Shown here: positions 19,543 through 29,107 of the stretch, piece after piece | Layout of the letters: each line of letters begins with the position of its first letter | Numbering within the stretch: position 1 is the stretch's first letter | Origin: an uncultured Gemmatimonadales bacterium | GTDB lineage: Bacteria; Gemmatimonadota; Gemmatimonadetes; Gemmatimonadales; GWC2-71-9 | DNA length: 64,000 bases | Direction of reading: 5' to 3' | NCBI GenBank assembly: GCA_963828735.1 | Contig: CAWHFW010000005.1 | Coordinates: 1,792,001-1,856,000 of the forward strand | The notes under the pieces: generated by a model | What the model was told of the DNA's origin: nothing | Database searches by the model: none | Seen by the model: only the letters and a program-made list of their open reading frames with translations | Program-made: the position numbers and the translations under genes

Positions 19543-19853
19543 GATCGCCCACCTCACCCGGACCTCGGTCCGGTTCGTTCCGGTGGATCCCCAAGAATCC
19601 TGCCAGAACCTCACTGCCGTTGGGACACAGCAGTACCCGGCGGCTACAGCGAAAAATTGCCCAGGTTTCCGCCAATATAGGGGCAATCTGGAGCGTCGCC
19701 AGACCTGCCGACACCGGCGCGCTCGCATGGGCAGTTTTGCCCGTAACCTCGGGTCATCGGCATCGGCATCGGCTCGCGCGCGTCAGCGCTCGGCGTCCCG
19801 GCTTGCGAGCGAACCGAGGTGCATGCCGAGCGCGGCGCCGGCCGCGCGACCGG

Positions 19854-20096
19854 CTAGCCGTGCGTGAGCCGCCAGAGCGCCAGCAGCGCCACGGCGGCCG
19901 GGATCGCGAACACGTAGAGAAAGACGGGCGTCTCCTCGGCCACCGAGTAGCCAGCTCGCGAGACGCCGTACCACATGTTGACGCCGGCCGCGAGAAACCA
20001 GAGCGGCAGGAACATCCGGGCTCCGTTCGCGCGGCCCACTACGAGACACAGGACGAGCAGGGCGAAGCCGCCGGCGAGGACCTTCACAGTGTGCAC
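19854..20096 (-). CDS. Small membrane protein of unknown function
   Basis: 80 aa, three hydrophobic segments, NMWYGVSRAGYSVAEE; GGAG upstream. Confidence 0.7.
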   Translation of the reverse strand: MHTVKVLAGGFALLVLCLVVGRANGARMFLPLWFLAAGVNMWYGVSRAGYSVAEETPVFLYVFAIPAAVALLALWRLTHG

Positions 20097-20350
20097 GAAG
20101 TCGCTCCGCTGATGGAGGGCGGTGTAGGCGTCGCGCAGATCTCGATGGGCCGGAAGGGCGGGCCAGAACGTCCCGAGGGTCGCGGCGGGTTCTGGGCGGG
20201 CCTGGATTCAGAGGGGCAGGCCTTCCGGTGTCAGGTTCTGCACCCGGCCGACCGCCGCTGTCCACCTCCTGGACAGCGTCGAACTATTGGGTAATTGACG
20301 GCCGGGCGATACCCCCCAAATGTGATACATATAGGCACAGGGGGCAGGGC

Positions 20351-20614
20351 ATGACGTCGCGCGAATTCTTCCAGTATCAGGGACAGACCTGGCTCGTGCG
20401 GACCCGCGAAGCGGTGCGCAAGGACGAGGCGCTCACGCACGTGACCCTCGAGCTGGTGTCGGATACCGAGACGCGGGTGGTCAGCTGCCGCCGCGAGGAG
20501 TGGGAAGTACGGGATCCCGACTTTGCGAGCCTGCTGGCCCGGTCGGTCGCAGCAGGGGCGTCGCACAGCATCATGCCGCCGATGAGCGGTCAGGCGGCGC
20601 CGGAAATGGAGTAA
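20351..20614 (+). CDS. Hypothetical protein, 87 aa
   Basis: Globular composition MTSREFFQYQGQTWLVR...; AT-rich upstream region and G-rich RBS. Confidence 0.6.
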   Translation: MTSREFFQYQGQTWLVRTREAVRKDEALTHVTLELVSDTETRVVSCRREEWEVRDPDFASLLARSVAAGASHSIMPPMSGQAAPEME

Positions 20615-20645
20615 CCCCGAAGGGCCTCGGTCGCCCCGACGTCCG

Positions 20646-22232
20646 CTAGTGCCGGGCCAGCGGCGCGTACCGCCGGCCCGCGTGAAACACCCACACGATA
20701 TCTCTGGTGTGCCGGATGTCCGCCGTGGGGTCCGCCGAGAGAACGACCAGGTCGGCGGCCTTGCCGACGGCGATGGTTCCGTGCGTCGCCTCGATGCCGA
20801 TGGCCCGGGCGCCGTTCCGCGTCCCGGCGGTGATCGCGGCCATCGGCGTGAGTCCAGCCTGCTCCACCAGCAGGCGAAGCTCCTCGTGGATGATCGGCAG
20901 CGTGCCCGCGCTGTCGACGCCGATGCTGTCGGTGCCGGCGGTGATGGGCACGCCCAGCTTCCACGCCTCGCGCGTCGCGGCCGCGCTCCACGCCGCCTGC
21001 GCCTTCGAGTCGCCCATCACGAACAGCGTCGCGTCGAGCATCGTCTTCCGCTGCGCCATGAGACGGAGCAGCTCCATCACGCGGGAGTCGTCCGGCCGAA
21101 CGGTGGAATCGGGTCGGCCGGCCTGACCGAAGGACGGGACCACCGGCATCCCCTCCCACACGAGCATCGAGGCGTGCGACACCACGTCCACGCCGGCCCG
21201 CACCACCTCGCTCGGACGCGCGGGGAACAGCGTGGCGTGCGCCCACACCTTCATGCCTTGACGGTGCGCCTCCGCCACGAGCGGCCGCAGGACCGCCGCC
21301 GAGACCGCCGCATACACCTTGATGGCGGTGGCCCCGGTTCCCTTCGCCTCGGCGACCGCCATCGGCCAATTGGTGCCCGCGGTCACGCTTCGGAGCCACG
21401 GGGCGGTTCCGGGCGCGACCCCGCGGGCCGCGAGGCGGACCCGTGCGTCGGTGAAGAACTCGGGCCCCGCCATGAGCGCGGCGTAGTAGATCGCGGGCGA
21501 CTCGATCTCGCCCGTGAGCGCCGCGCGCGACAGGTCGGCGAGTGCGCGGCCATCACCCGCCATGTCCCGCACCGACGTCACGCCGCCGTGCAGCGCGTTC
21601 CGCAGGCGCTGCTCGACGGCCGCCCGGCGATCGCCGTCGCTCGGATCGGTCGCGAGGTGGACGTGGGTGTCGATGAGGCCGGGGATCACGTAGCGGCCTC
21701 TCAGGTCCAGCGTCTCCGCGTCGCTCGGAAGCGGCCTCCCCCCGGTGGGGAACAGGTCGGCGATGCGGGCGCCGTCGAGGATCACCGTCTGGTCCGGCCT
21801 GGGTGCGGCGCCGGTGCCGTCGATCACGGTCACGTGGGTGAGCGCCACGGTCGAGCTCGCCTCGACCCGCACCCAGCCGCCCGCGAGCGCGTTGCTCCGC
21901 CGGTGACACGGATCGCGCATCGCCACGAGACGAAGACTGTCCTCGGTCCGCCGGGCGACGTACCACCCGGTGTCCACCGGCTCGCAGGCGCTCGGCCCGG
22001 AGGAGTCCAGCACCGCGAGGGTATCCCCGCCGCGGATGCGGCCCTGGGCCTGGATGCCGTCCTCCTCCGAGAGCCGGTAGCGGCCGTCCGCGCGAAGCTC
22101 GAGCTCGAGAGAGGCACGCCGGTACACGCCCATCCGCGCCGAATCGGGCGCCGCCTGGGCCCCGGCGAGCACCGGGCTCAGCAGGAGCGCCAACGCCGCC
22201 AGACGGAGACCGCGGGCGACCGTGCTCGTCAA
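20646..22232 (-). CDS. Secreted amidohydrolase-family protein with an extra N-terminal domain
   Basis: TTG start overlapping the upstream TGA; signal peptide; PGLIDTHVH, AIKVY, WAHA, VSHA, AGTDS, GKAADLVVL. Confidence 0.9.
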   Translation of the reverse strand: MTSTVARGLRLAALALLLSPVLAGAQAAPDSARMGVYRRASLELELRADGRYRLSEEDGIQAQGRIRGGDTLAVLDSSGPSACEPVDTGWYVARRTEDSLRLVAMRDPCHRRSNALAGGWVRVEASSTVALTHVTVIDGTGAAPRPDQTVILDGARIADLFPTGGRPLPSDAETLDLRGRYVIPGLIDTHVHLATDPSDGDRRAAVEQRLRNALHGGVTSVRDMAGDGRALADLSRAALTGEIESPAIYYAALMAGPEFFTDARVRLAARGVAPGTAPWLRSVTAGTNWPMAVAEAKGTGATAIKVYAAVSAAVLRPLVAEAHRQGMKVWAHATLFPARPSEVVRAGVDVVSHASMLVWEGMPVVPSFGQAGRPDSTVRPDDSRVMELLRLMAQRKTMLDATLFVMGDSKAQAAWSAAATREAWKLGVPITAGTDSIGVDSAGTLPIIHEELRLLVEQAGLTPMAAITAGTRNGARAIGIEATHGTIAVGKAADLVVLSADPTADIRHTRDIVWVFHAGRRYAPLARH

Positions 22233-22768
22233 CCGGCTTCCACCTCGTACTCGCTCTGGACCAGCCCGCTCGGGTAGTGTCGCGTGCCGATGTGGCGAAG
22301 CAGAATGTCGTGCGGGACGTCGCCGAACAGCGGGATGCCCGTTCCGATCAGTACGGGCACTCGGGTGACGATCAGACGCTGAATGAGGCCCGCGCGGAGG
22401 AACCGCTGGATGGTGATCCCGCCGTCCACGTAGGCATGCCGGAACCCGCGGGTCGCGAGGTGCGAGACGATGTCCGCCGGCTCCCCCCACAGGCGCTCCA
22501 CCACGGCCCCGGCGGGTGCCGGCGCGAGCGGGGCCTCGCTGAGCACGACAACCGGCTTCGCGCCGTAGGGCCATGAGTCGAAGCCGAGCACGGTCTCGTA
22601 GGTCTTCCGGCCGATGACGAGCACGTCCACCGACGCGATGAACTCCTCGTAACCGTGCGCCTCGCCGCCGCCGGCGGGCAGCCAGTCGAGATCGCCGTTC
22701 GCGCGCGCCATGAAGCCGTCCACGCTTACGCCGACGAAGACGGATGCCAGCAGCCTCGCCTCGGTCAT
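22229..22768 (-). CDS. Dihydrofolate reductase/RibD C-terminal family protein
   Basis: SVDGFMA, GRKTYE, YVDGG, PVLIGTGIPLF. Confidence 0.92.
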   Translation of the reverse strand: MTEARLLASVFVGVSVDGFMARANGDLDWLPAGGGEAHGYEEFIASVDVLVIGRKTYETVLGFDSWPYGAKPVVVLSEAPLAPAPAGAVVERLWGEPADIVSHLATRGFRHAYVDGGITIQRFLRAGLIQRLIVTRVPVLIGTGIPLFGDVPHDILLRHIGTRHYPSGLVQSEYEVEAG

Positions 22769-23193
22769 GGTGAACGAATGTTCCGGAACGCCATCGCGGC
22801 ATCCTCGCTCAGCGGCCGCACCTTGAGTACGCGCTCCTTCCGGATGCTCACGGTACCCTCCTTGGCGCCGGCCGGCTTCGAGACGTTCCGCGCCTCGGTG
22901 CAGGAGACCGCGACCGTCCCCGCCGAGCGGGCCTTGCTGTGGAACGCGGCGATGCCGGCGGCCAGCTCCTCGGTCGCGCGGTCGGGGGTGGCCCCTTCCG
23001 GCACCTGCAGCACGACGTGGCCGCCCGGCATGCCCCGGATGTGAAACCAGAGGTCGCTCGGCCGCGCGAGCTCGAGGCTCACGAACTCGTTGGCGGCGTC
23101 GGTGCGGCCGGCGAGCACCAGCCAGTCGCCGGGCAGCTGGTACTCGATGATCCCCGCCGGCCGCTCACGGCCGGGCGTGCGCGACCCCGCCAT
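22765..23193 (-). CDS. Stand-alone NFACT RNA-binding (DUF814) domain protein
   Basis: LAGRTDAANE, DLWFHIRGMPGGHVV, AAFHSKA, VSKPAGAKEGTV. Confidence 0.85.
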   Translation of the reverse strand: MAGSRTPGRERPAGIIEYQLPGDWLVLAGRTDAANEFVSLELARPSDLWFHIRGMPGGHVVLQVPEGATPDRATEELAAGIAAFHSKARSAGTVAVSCTEARNVSKPAGAKEGTVSIRKERVLKVRPLSEDAAMAFRNIRSP

Positions 23194-23202
23194 GCGCCAG
23201 CG

Positions 23203-24372
23203 CTACACGTACCTGAGCCATGCGTCCGTTCGCCTCGCCTTGAGCTCCGCGAACCAGCGGCACGCGACGAACAGGATGATCACCGCCACGGCCCATACGA
23301 GATACAGCAGGCCGAGACTCCAGGTGTAACCTTCGGGCGCGGGCGGGTTCCCCATCGGGTGATTCGCGAACAGCCACGGGCTCACGCTACCCTGCCGCAG
23401 CCATGATACCACGAGCGCAAGCGCGTGGATCAAGGGGATGTGCAGGACGTAATAGAAGAAGGGGACCCGGCCGAACACGGTCACCCACCTCGCGACCGCG
23501 CCGCGGGCCCGCTCGAGCGCCGGCATCAATGCGATCGTCGGTCCGAGCGTCATCAGCAGGAAGCTCAGCGAGGCCGGATACTTGGTGGTGTTCAGGAACG
23601 AGAGCAGCGCCGGCATGTCCGTCCCCGAGCTCCAGGGCCGCGGATCCCCGTACAGGTTGAGCCCTCTGAGGAGCAGGAAGAGCGCGATACCGCCGAGCCC
23701 CACCGCGTAACAGATCCGGTCCCGCCGGGCCGGCTCGAGCACCAGCACCTTGCCGAACGCGTATCCCGCCGCCATCACGCCCACCCACGGAACGATCGAG
23801 TACAGCACCATGAGGGGGCCGATCGGCGGTTCGGCGAAGGCGGTGTACAGGATCGTCCTGAGCCCCTGCGGCAACCCGGGCAGGAGCCTCGGCATCACGG
23901 CGTTGTGCAGGGCGATGACGGCGAGCCCGAGTCCTCCCACGGCGCCCGGCGGCAGGCGGACGAGGCCGGCCATGAGGACCATGCACCAGCCGATCACCCA
24001 GATCACGCCGGCCAGGAGATAGTGCGAGAAGTCGAAGTTGAACGTCCACGCCACCCGGATGACCGTGAGCTCGAGGAGCACGAGCCACAGGCCGCGGAAG
24101 AACAGGAAGCGCGAGACGTCGGGATGCCGGCGTCCGTAGAAGAAGGCGCTCGTGCCGGCGAGGAAGACGAAGGCGGGCGCGCAGAAGTGGGTGATCCAAC
24201 GGGTGAAGAAAATGCCCGGGGTGGGACCACCCGGCGGAAGCCCCGAGTACACGCGGACGTGGTCGATCGCCATCAGGATCATCACGCCGCCGCGAATGAG
24301 GTCCACCGAGGCGATCCGGGAAGTGCCCGGCGCTTCCGCCGGGGCGGTTGGACGCTCGAGTCTGGCGCTCAT
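23203..24372 (-). CDS. DUF1624 / HGSNAT-like membrane protein
   Basis: RIASVDLIRGGVMILMAIDHVR, TRWITHFCAPAF, KYPASL. Confidence 0.88.
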   Translation of the reverse strand: MSARLERPTAPAEAPGTSRIASVDLIRGGVMILMAIDHVRVYSGLPPGGPTPGIFFTRWITHFCAPAFVFLAGTSAFFYGRRHPDVSRFLFFRGLWLVLLELTVIRVAWTFNFDFSHYLLAGVIWVIGWCMVLMAGLVRLPPGAVGGLGLAVIALHNAVMPRLLPGLPQGLRTILYTAFAEPPIGPLMVLYSIVPWVGVMAAGYAFGKVLVLEPARRDRICYAVGLGGIALFLLLRGLNLYGDPRPWSSGTDMPALLSFLNTTKYPASLSFLLMTLGPTIALMPALERARGAVARWVTVFGRVPFFYYVLHIPLIHALALVVSWLRQGSVSPWLFANHPMGNPPAPEGYTWSLGLLYLVWAVAVIILFVACRWFAELKARRTDAWLRYV

Positions 24373-24429
24373 CGGTGACAATCCTCGTCCACCGGGACCC
24401 ACCTGTCAAACCACGCGCCGCGGGCGGCG

Positions 24430-25755
24430 CTAGCGCGTGAGCCGGTAGAGCAGCACCGCGACACGCTGAGTGAGCACGGGCATCGCGTTGAGATTCATGT
24501 GCTCCTCGGGCGAGTGATCTCCGCCGCCCAGCGTGCCCAGGCCGTCGAGCGCGCCTCCGTACGCAGCCACGAACGAGATGTCCCCGGCCCCCCGCGACCC
24601 GGGATCCTGGGCCGCCACCGGTCCCCCGCCGACGGCGCGGCTCACCCGATCGAGCTCGCGAAGAAGCGCGTAGTTCCCGGGCTTGGGCTCCATCGCCGGC
24701 GTGTCGTCCAGGAAGGTGATCTCCGCGGACGTGCCTTCGAGGTGTCGGGCCACGATCTCGCGCATGTGCTGCTGGGCTCGCCGCTTCTGGTCCTCCGAGA
24801 TGAAGCGCAGGTCGCCCGCGGCCACCGCCTCGGGGGCGATGATGTTGAGCTTGCCCGCGACGGTGCCACCGAGGGCGACCGTATCGTACGCCACCTGGGT
24901 TCCACCCAGGAGCACGCCCGGGTTGAACGTCAGATACTGCTCGCCCCCCAGCTCCCGGCGGAATGCGTCCAGGATCCGGGCGAGCTCGTAGATGGCGCCG
25001 TTCCCGTTGGTGAAGATGCCCTGCGAGTGGGCCTGCTTTCCGTGTGCCACGAGCCGCCAGCTGCTGAACCCGCGCCGGGCCACTACTGCGTCCGTGAAGG
25101 TGCTTCCCTCGAACCCGAGGATCACGTCGCTCGCCTTCGCCGCCTCCACCAGGTCCGCCCGCGCGACGCTCAGCGGATCCGCCGTGCTCTCCTCGTCCCC
25201 CATGAGCGCCACGGTGATCGTCGCCCCGTCGAGCGCGCCCTCGGCCTCGAGCGCCCGGAGGGCGGAGAGGATCACCACCACGCCCCCCTTCATGTCGTTG
25301 ACGCCCGGTCCGCGCACCAGCGTGTCCTGGCGCTCGAAGCGCTGGAACGGGCTCGACGGCTCGAAGACGGTGTCCAGGTGGCCGAGTAGCAGCACCCGGC
25401 GGCCCTGTCCCGCCGGCCCCTTCCGTACGGCGAAGAGGTGTCCGGCCCGGTGCATGCTCTCGGGCATCGAGGCCCAGCGGGTGGCGAAACCAAGGCGCTC
25501 CAGCTCCTCCTGGAACACCCGGCCGACCGCGCGCACCCCGTCCACGTTGAGCGTCCCGCTGTTGATGTTCACGACCTGCTCGAGCAGGGTGATGGCCGCG
25601 GCCTGCTGCCGGGGTATCCGGTCGGCGATGGCCCGTTCCTTCGCGGAGAGGGCCGGGGCACCGGAATCCGGCACGGTCGGGGCCGAGCGCTTCTGGGCCT
25701 GGGCAGCCGACGCGAGCGAGACGAGCAGGAGAAGCGCGAGCGGCAGTCTGGGCAT
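24430..25755 (-). CDS. Secreted M20-family metallopeptidase (carboxypeptidase G2-like)
   Basis: Signal peptide; GHLDTV, GVNDMKGG, DEE, DHSPEE. Confidence 0.92.
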   Translation of the reverse strand: MPRLPLALLLLVSLASAAQAQKRSAPTVPDSGAPALSAKERAIADRIPRQQAAAITLLEQVVNINSGTLNVDGVRAVGRVFQEELERLGFATRWASMPESMHRAGHLFAVRKGPAGQGRRVLLLGHLDTVFEPSSPFQRFERQDTLVRGPGVNDMKGGVVVILSALRALEAEGALDGATITVALMGDEESTADPLSVARADLVEAAKASDVILGFEGSTFTDAVVARRGFSSWRLVAHGKQAHSQGIFTNGNGAIYELARILDAFRRELGGEQYLTFNPGVLLGGTQVAYDTVALGGTVAGKLNIIAPEAVAAGDLRFISEDQKRRAQQHMREIVARHLEGTSAEITFLDDTPAMEPKPGNYALLRELDRVSRAVGGGPVAAQDPGSRGAGDISFVAAYGGALDGLGTLGGGDHSPEEHMNLNAMPVLTQRVAVLLYRLTR

Positions 25756-25881
25756 GGTGAATTGGCGAGAGGGTCGAAGTCGGAATGGGCCGACGCACGG
25801 CGACGCGATCGCGAGGCGGGAGTCCGCGCGACGAAAACGAAAGGCTGGACTGAGCGAACGGAGGGCGATCGACGCCGGTGA

Positions 25882-26226
25882 CTAGCTCGCCAACGTCGCG
25901 ATCCGGCCGGCGAGGTTGCTCGCGGCCTGACCGAGCGGCCTGAGCTCCTCGTGGCGCGGATTCAACGCGCCGGCTCGCAGGTCATCCTCCAGTCCGTGGC
26001 AGATCTCCTTTGCGCGCCGGAGCCGGAAGCGCTCCTGGAACGCGCGGTAGTCGTTGGCGCTTCCGCTCCCCAGCAGATCCCAGAGTCGGAGGCGAAGATC
26101 GTCCACGGAGCTCTTGAAGTCGGCGACCGCCTCGCGTCCGACCTGACCGCTTGCGACCCGCATCTCGATGGCCTGGAGCACGGCGTTGAACGTCGCGACT
26201 TGCTCGGCGAAGGACGTCTCGGGCAT
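25882..26226 (-). CDS. Hypothetical helical protein
   Basis: GGAGGG RBS before ATG 26226; amphipathic helices FKSSVDDLRLRLW. Confidence 0.65.
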   Translation of the reverse strand: MPETSFAEQVATFNAVLQAIEMRVASGQVGREAVADFKSSVDDLRLRLWDLLGSGSANDYRAFQERFRLRRAKEICHGLEDDLRAGALNPRHEELRPLGQAASNLAGRIATLAS

Positions 26227-26406
26227 CAGTCCCTCCGACTTGTGAGGAGCGCGCAAACGATCTGGCTGGGATCGCGCCGGCCACTGTCAGATACCGCGAA
26301 GCTCGTTGATGAGCGGAATGGATAGAAGGTAGGGAGTGGCAGCGCGCGAATCCAGAGGAAGGCGACGAGGATCGCGCGACGAGCGGGCTGGCGGACGTCA
26401 GGCCTC

Positions 26407-26439
26407 TGGACGGACCCGGTATCTCTGACTAAAGTCAGA
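26407..26439 (+). promoter_or_regulatory. Promoter overlapped by a palindromic operator
   Basis: TGGACG-N17-TAAAGT-N6-ATG; perfect inverted repeat TCTGACT-AA-AGTCAGA 26424-26439. Confidence 0.75.
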
Positions 26440-26441
26440 CA

Positions 26442-27326
26442 ATGGACCCCGATGCCGTCTCCCAGGTCCGGCGCTTCAACCGACTCGTCACCCAGCGGGC
26501 CGGGGCCCTGGACGACCACTTTCTGGGCCGCGACCGGCCGCTCGGAGAGTCGCGCCTCCTGTACGAGATCGGCCCCGACGGGGCTGATCTTCGCGACCTC
26601 CGCCGACGCCTCGGGCTCGATTCGGGATACGTGAGCCGGCTGGTCAATGCGCTCGAGAAGCAGGGATTGATCCGGCTGAGCCAGCCCGCCGGCGACCAGC
26701 GCGTGCGGAAGGCGCGGTGGACGGCCGCCGGACGGCGGGAGGTTCGAGAGATGAACGGGCGCTCGGACGAAGCCGCGGCCGCGCTGCTCGAAACCCTGCC
26801 ATCGTCCCGGCGGGCGCGCCTGGTGGACGCCATGGCCGAGGTGTGCCGGCTGCTGCAGTTGGCTGGCCTGGAGATCGAACGGGTTGACCCGGCCCATCCC
26901 GCCGCGCGCTGGTGCGTGGACCGCTATTTCGAGGAGCTGAACCGGCGGTTCGAGTCCGGGTTCAATCCGGCGGCGAGCCTCCCGGCCGACGACCGCGATC
27001 TCACGCCGCCTACGGGTGCGTTCCTCGTGGCGTTCGTGGATGGCGACCCGGTGGCCTCCGGCGCGGTCAAGACGGTCTCGCCGGGCGTCGGATCGCTCAA
27101 GCGCATGTGGGTCGCCGACACCGTGCGTGGCCTGGGCATCGGCCGGCGGATGCTCGAGGCCCTGGAGGAGGAGGCGAGGGCGCTCCGCCTCACCCGGCTT
27201 CGCCTCGAGACCAATCACGCGCTCCAGGAGGCCATTCGGCTCTATCTGAGCGCGGGCTATCACGAGGTTCCTGCGTTCAACGCCGACCCGTACGCCCAAC
27301 ACTGGTTCGAGAAGGCGCTGGGCTGA
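26442..27326 (+). CDS. MarR-family HTH + GNAT acetyltransferase fusion
   Basis: VRRFNR..LGLDSGYVSRLV; LKRMWVADTVRGLGIGRRML, AIRLY..GY. Confidence 0.92.
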   Translation: MDPDAVSQVRRFNRLVTQRAGALDDHFLGRDRPLGESRLLYEIGPDGADLRDLRRRLGLDSGYVSRLVNALEKQGLIRLSQPAGDQRVRKARWTAAGRREVREMNGRSDEAAAALLETLPSSRRARLVDAMAEVCRLLQLAGLEIERVDPAHPAARWCVDRYFEELNRRFESGFNPAASLPADDRDLTPPTGAFLVAFVDGDPVASGAVKTVSPGVGSLKRMWVADTVRGLGIGRRMLEALEEEARALRLTRLRLETNHALQEAIRLYLSAGYHEVPAFNADPYAQHWFEKALG

Positions 27327-27422
27327 TCTCACCGCGGGCTCTTGATGACGTACCCCGTACGATGCACGCCGAAGCGCGGCTGGCAGGGTTTCGCCAACCG
27401 CGCCGACGGTTTCACCACCTGC

Positions 27423-27932
27423 TCAGCTGGCCCGGAGGGCCGGCCGGGTCGACTGCTGCAACGCCCATCGAATGCGCTCGAAGTGATGATAGCTGTGCCG
27501 CACCGCGTGATCCTCGAGCATGAACTGGCACGTGAGCGGAGCATCGGCGTTGAGCGACAGCTCGGCCGCGCTGTCGAGCTCCTCGTCGCTCAGCGCCCGG
27601 ATCACCGCCGCGGCCGCGGCGCTGTTCCGCTGCAGCAGGTCCAGCGCCGCCTCCTTGGTGACGGCGTCGTTCTCCTTCGCGTGCTTGGCGTTGATCTCGT
27701 GGACCATATCCCAGGTCACGCCCGTGACCGGCTTCCCACTCGCCAGGACCTGCGCCAGCTGGATCTCGATCGGATACATGCTGGCCACGTGGTGCACCAC
27801 GACGCCGATCTTGCGCCCGTCCTTCGGAATCCGGGTCTGCCACTCCGCGTCCGTCAGACTGCTCGCGAGGCTGGCGAGCGCGCGGGCCCCGTACTCGAGT
27901 CGATCGGCGAGGGCATCGGAACGTTTGCTCAT
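27423..27932 (-). CDS. DinB-like protein
   Basis: VVVHHVAS, HSYHHFERI; AGAGG RBS. Confidence 0.8.
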   Translation of the reverse strand: MSKRSDALADRLEYGARALASLASSLTDAEWQTRIPKDGRKIGVVVHHVASMYPIEIQLAQVLASGKPVTGVTWDMVHEINAKHAKENDAVTKEAALDLLQRNSAAAAAVIRALSDEELDSAAELSLNADAPLTCQFMLEDHAVRHSYHHFERIRWALQQSTRPALRAS

Positions 27933-27993
27933 TTTTTGTTACCTCTGGCTGATGGGTTGCGAGTCGATGGCCACCTGGTATCCCGGGTGGTCG

Positions 27994-28857
27994 TCAGGCG
28001 ACTCGAGCCTGGACGTCGAGATATTCCCCCACCACCGTCGTCGTGCCGTCGGTGGCAATGTTGTGCTCCTGGAACAACCGAGTAAGCCCGTCACGAAGCC
28101 GGCTGGCCGCCTCGGGATCCGCCGCGCGGAGCGTCGCCACGGTGGGTCCGTAACACGCGGCGAAGAGCTCGGTGACGGCCGCGGGTGGAAACGGGAAGCG
28201 AAGCTCCAGCGTTCGCAGGTTGCAGACGAGCAGATTCACCCGGTTCCCGAACCGCGCGCGCACCACCTCCTCCTTGCCCCACTCGAGCGGGCTCGGCACG
28301 CCTGAGGGCGGCGGAGCCACGGCGGCATGCACCTGCAGCATCCGGCCGGCGAACCCGTTGGGTGTCCAGTTCGCCATCGCCACGTGGCCGCCGGGCCGGG
28401 TCACGCGGAGCAGCTCCGCGGCCGCCCGCTCGGGCCGGTAGGCGAACATGGCGCCGAACATCGAGACGGTGGTGTCGAACTGCCCGTCTACGTAAGGCAA
28501 CGCCTCGGCGTCGCCGATCTCGAAGGCGATGAGGTAGCCGGTAGTGCGCGCCTCCAGGCGAGCCTGCGCGATCAGGTTGGGAGCGAGGTCGATGCCGGTG
28601 ACGCGTGCGCCGAGTCGCGCGGCCGGCAGGGCGAGGTTGCCGGTGCCGCACGCGACGTCGAGCAGCGTCTCGCCCGGACGAAGCGCGAGCCGGCGGACGA
28701 ACTCCTCGGCGCCGGCCGCGAAGCTGCGCGCGATCGGAAGAAAGTCGCCCGAGGTCCAGACCGACCTCGCGCGGGCCGTGAGCGGGTCTTCCGACCAGGT
28801 GCGAACGACGCCCTTGGTGCCGGGGCCGCCGATGCAGGAGTTGCGCTCGTCCGACAT
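27994..28857 (-). CDS. Class I SAM-dependent methyltransferase
   Basis: LLDVACGTG, GDAEALPY, RVTRPGG, MANWTP. Confidence 0.93.
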   Translation of the reverse strand: MSDERNSCIGGPGTKGVVRTWSEDPLTARARSVWTSGDFLPIARSFAAGAEEFVRRLALRPGETLLDVACGTGNLALPAARLGARVTGIDLAPNLIAQARLEARTTGYLIAFEIGDAEALPYVDGQFDTTVSMFGAMFAYRPERAAAELLRVTRPGGHVAMANWTPNGFAGRMLQVHAAVAPPPSGVPSPLEWGKEEVVRARFGNRVNLLVCNLRTLELRFPFPPAAVTELFAACYGPTVATLRAADPEAASRLRDGLTRLFQEHNIATDGTTTVVGEYLDVQARVA

Positions 28858-28910
28858 GCGATTGCCTCCCTACCGAGTCATGCCGCGCCGACGTGCCGCG
28901 CGTGAGCATC

Positions 28911-28972
28911 AGTTTGTCAGGGAGGAGCGATTTCGCCTATGACTCCGCGTCCCGAGTTCCTGCTCGGGCGTC
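28911..28972 (-). promoter_or_regulatory. Candidate AraC-type direct-repeat site next to the methyltransferase promoter
   Basis: TGactccGCGTC 28940 and TGctcggGCGTC 28961 (21-bp period); minus-strand CAAACT at 28916-28911. Confidence 0.45.
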
Positions 28973-29107
28973 GCGCGGCCTGGATCGTGGGAGAAGGTGA
29001 GGTGGGAGGAACGCCACCGAGGGCAGGTGGGCGGCAATCAGGTTTCGGCGACGGGTGGGCTCACGTTACATGCGGGCCTGTGGGCGAGCAGACCTGCGTC
29101 GATGCCG

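Noticed and set aside
17101..19680. Long antisense or alternate-frame ORFs (also 28-960, 8062-9990, 23387-25798, 31621-33732, 48294-50807)
   Set aside because: Shadow ORFs expected at high GC; they overlap motif-supported genes and have no motifs of their own
19755..19773. CATCGG x3 microsatellite
   Set aside because: Too short and intergenic; no evidence of function
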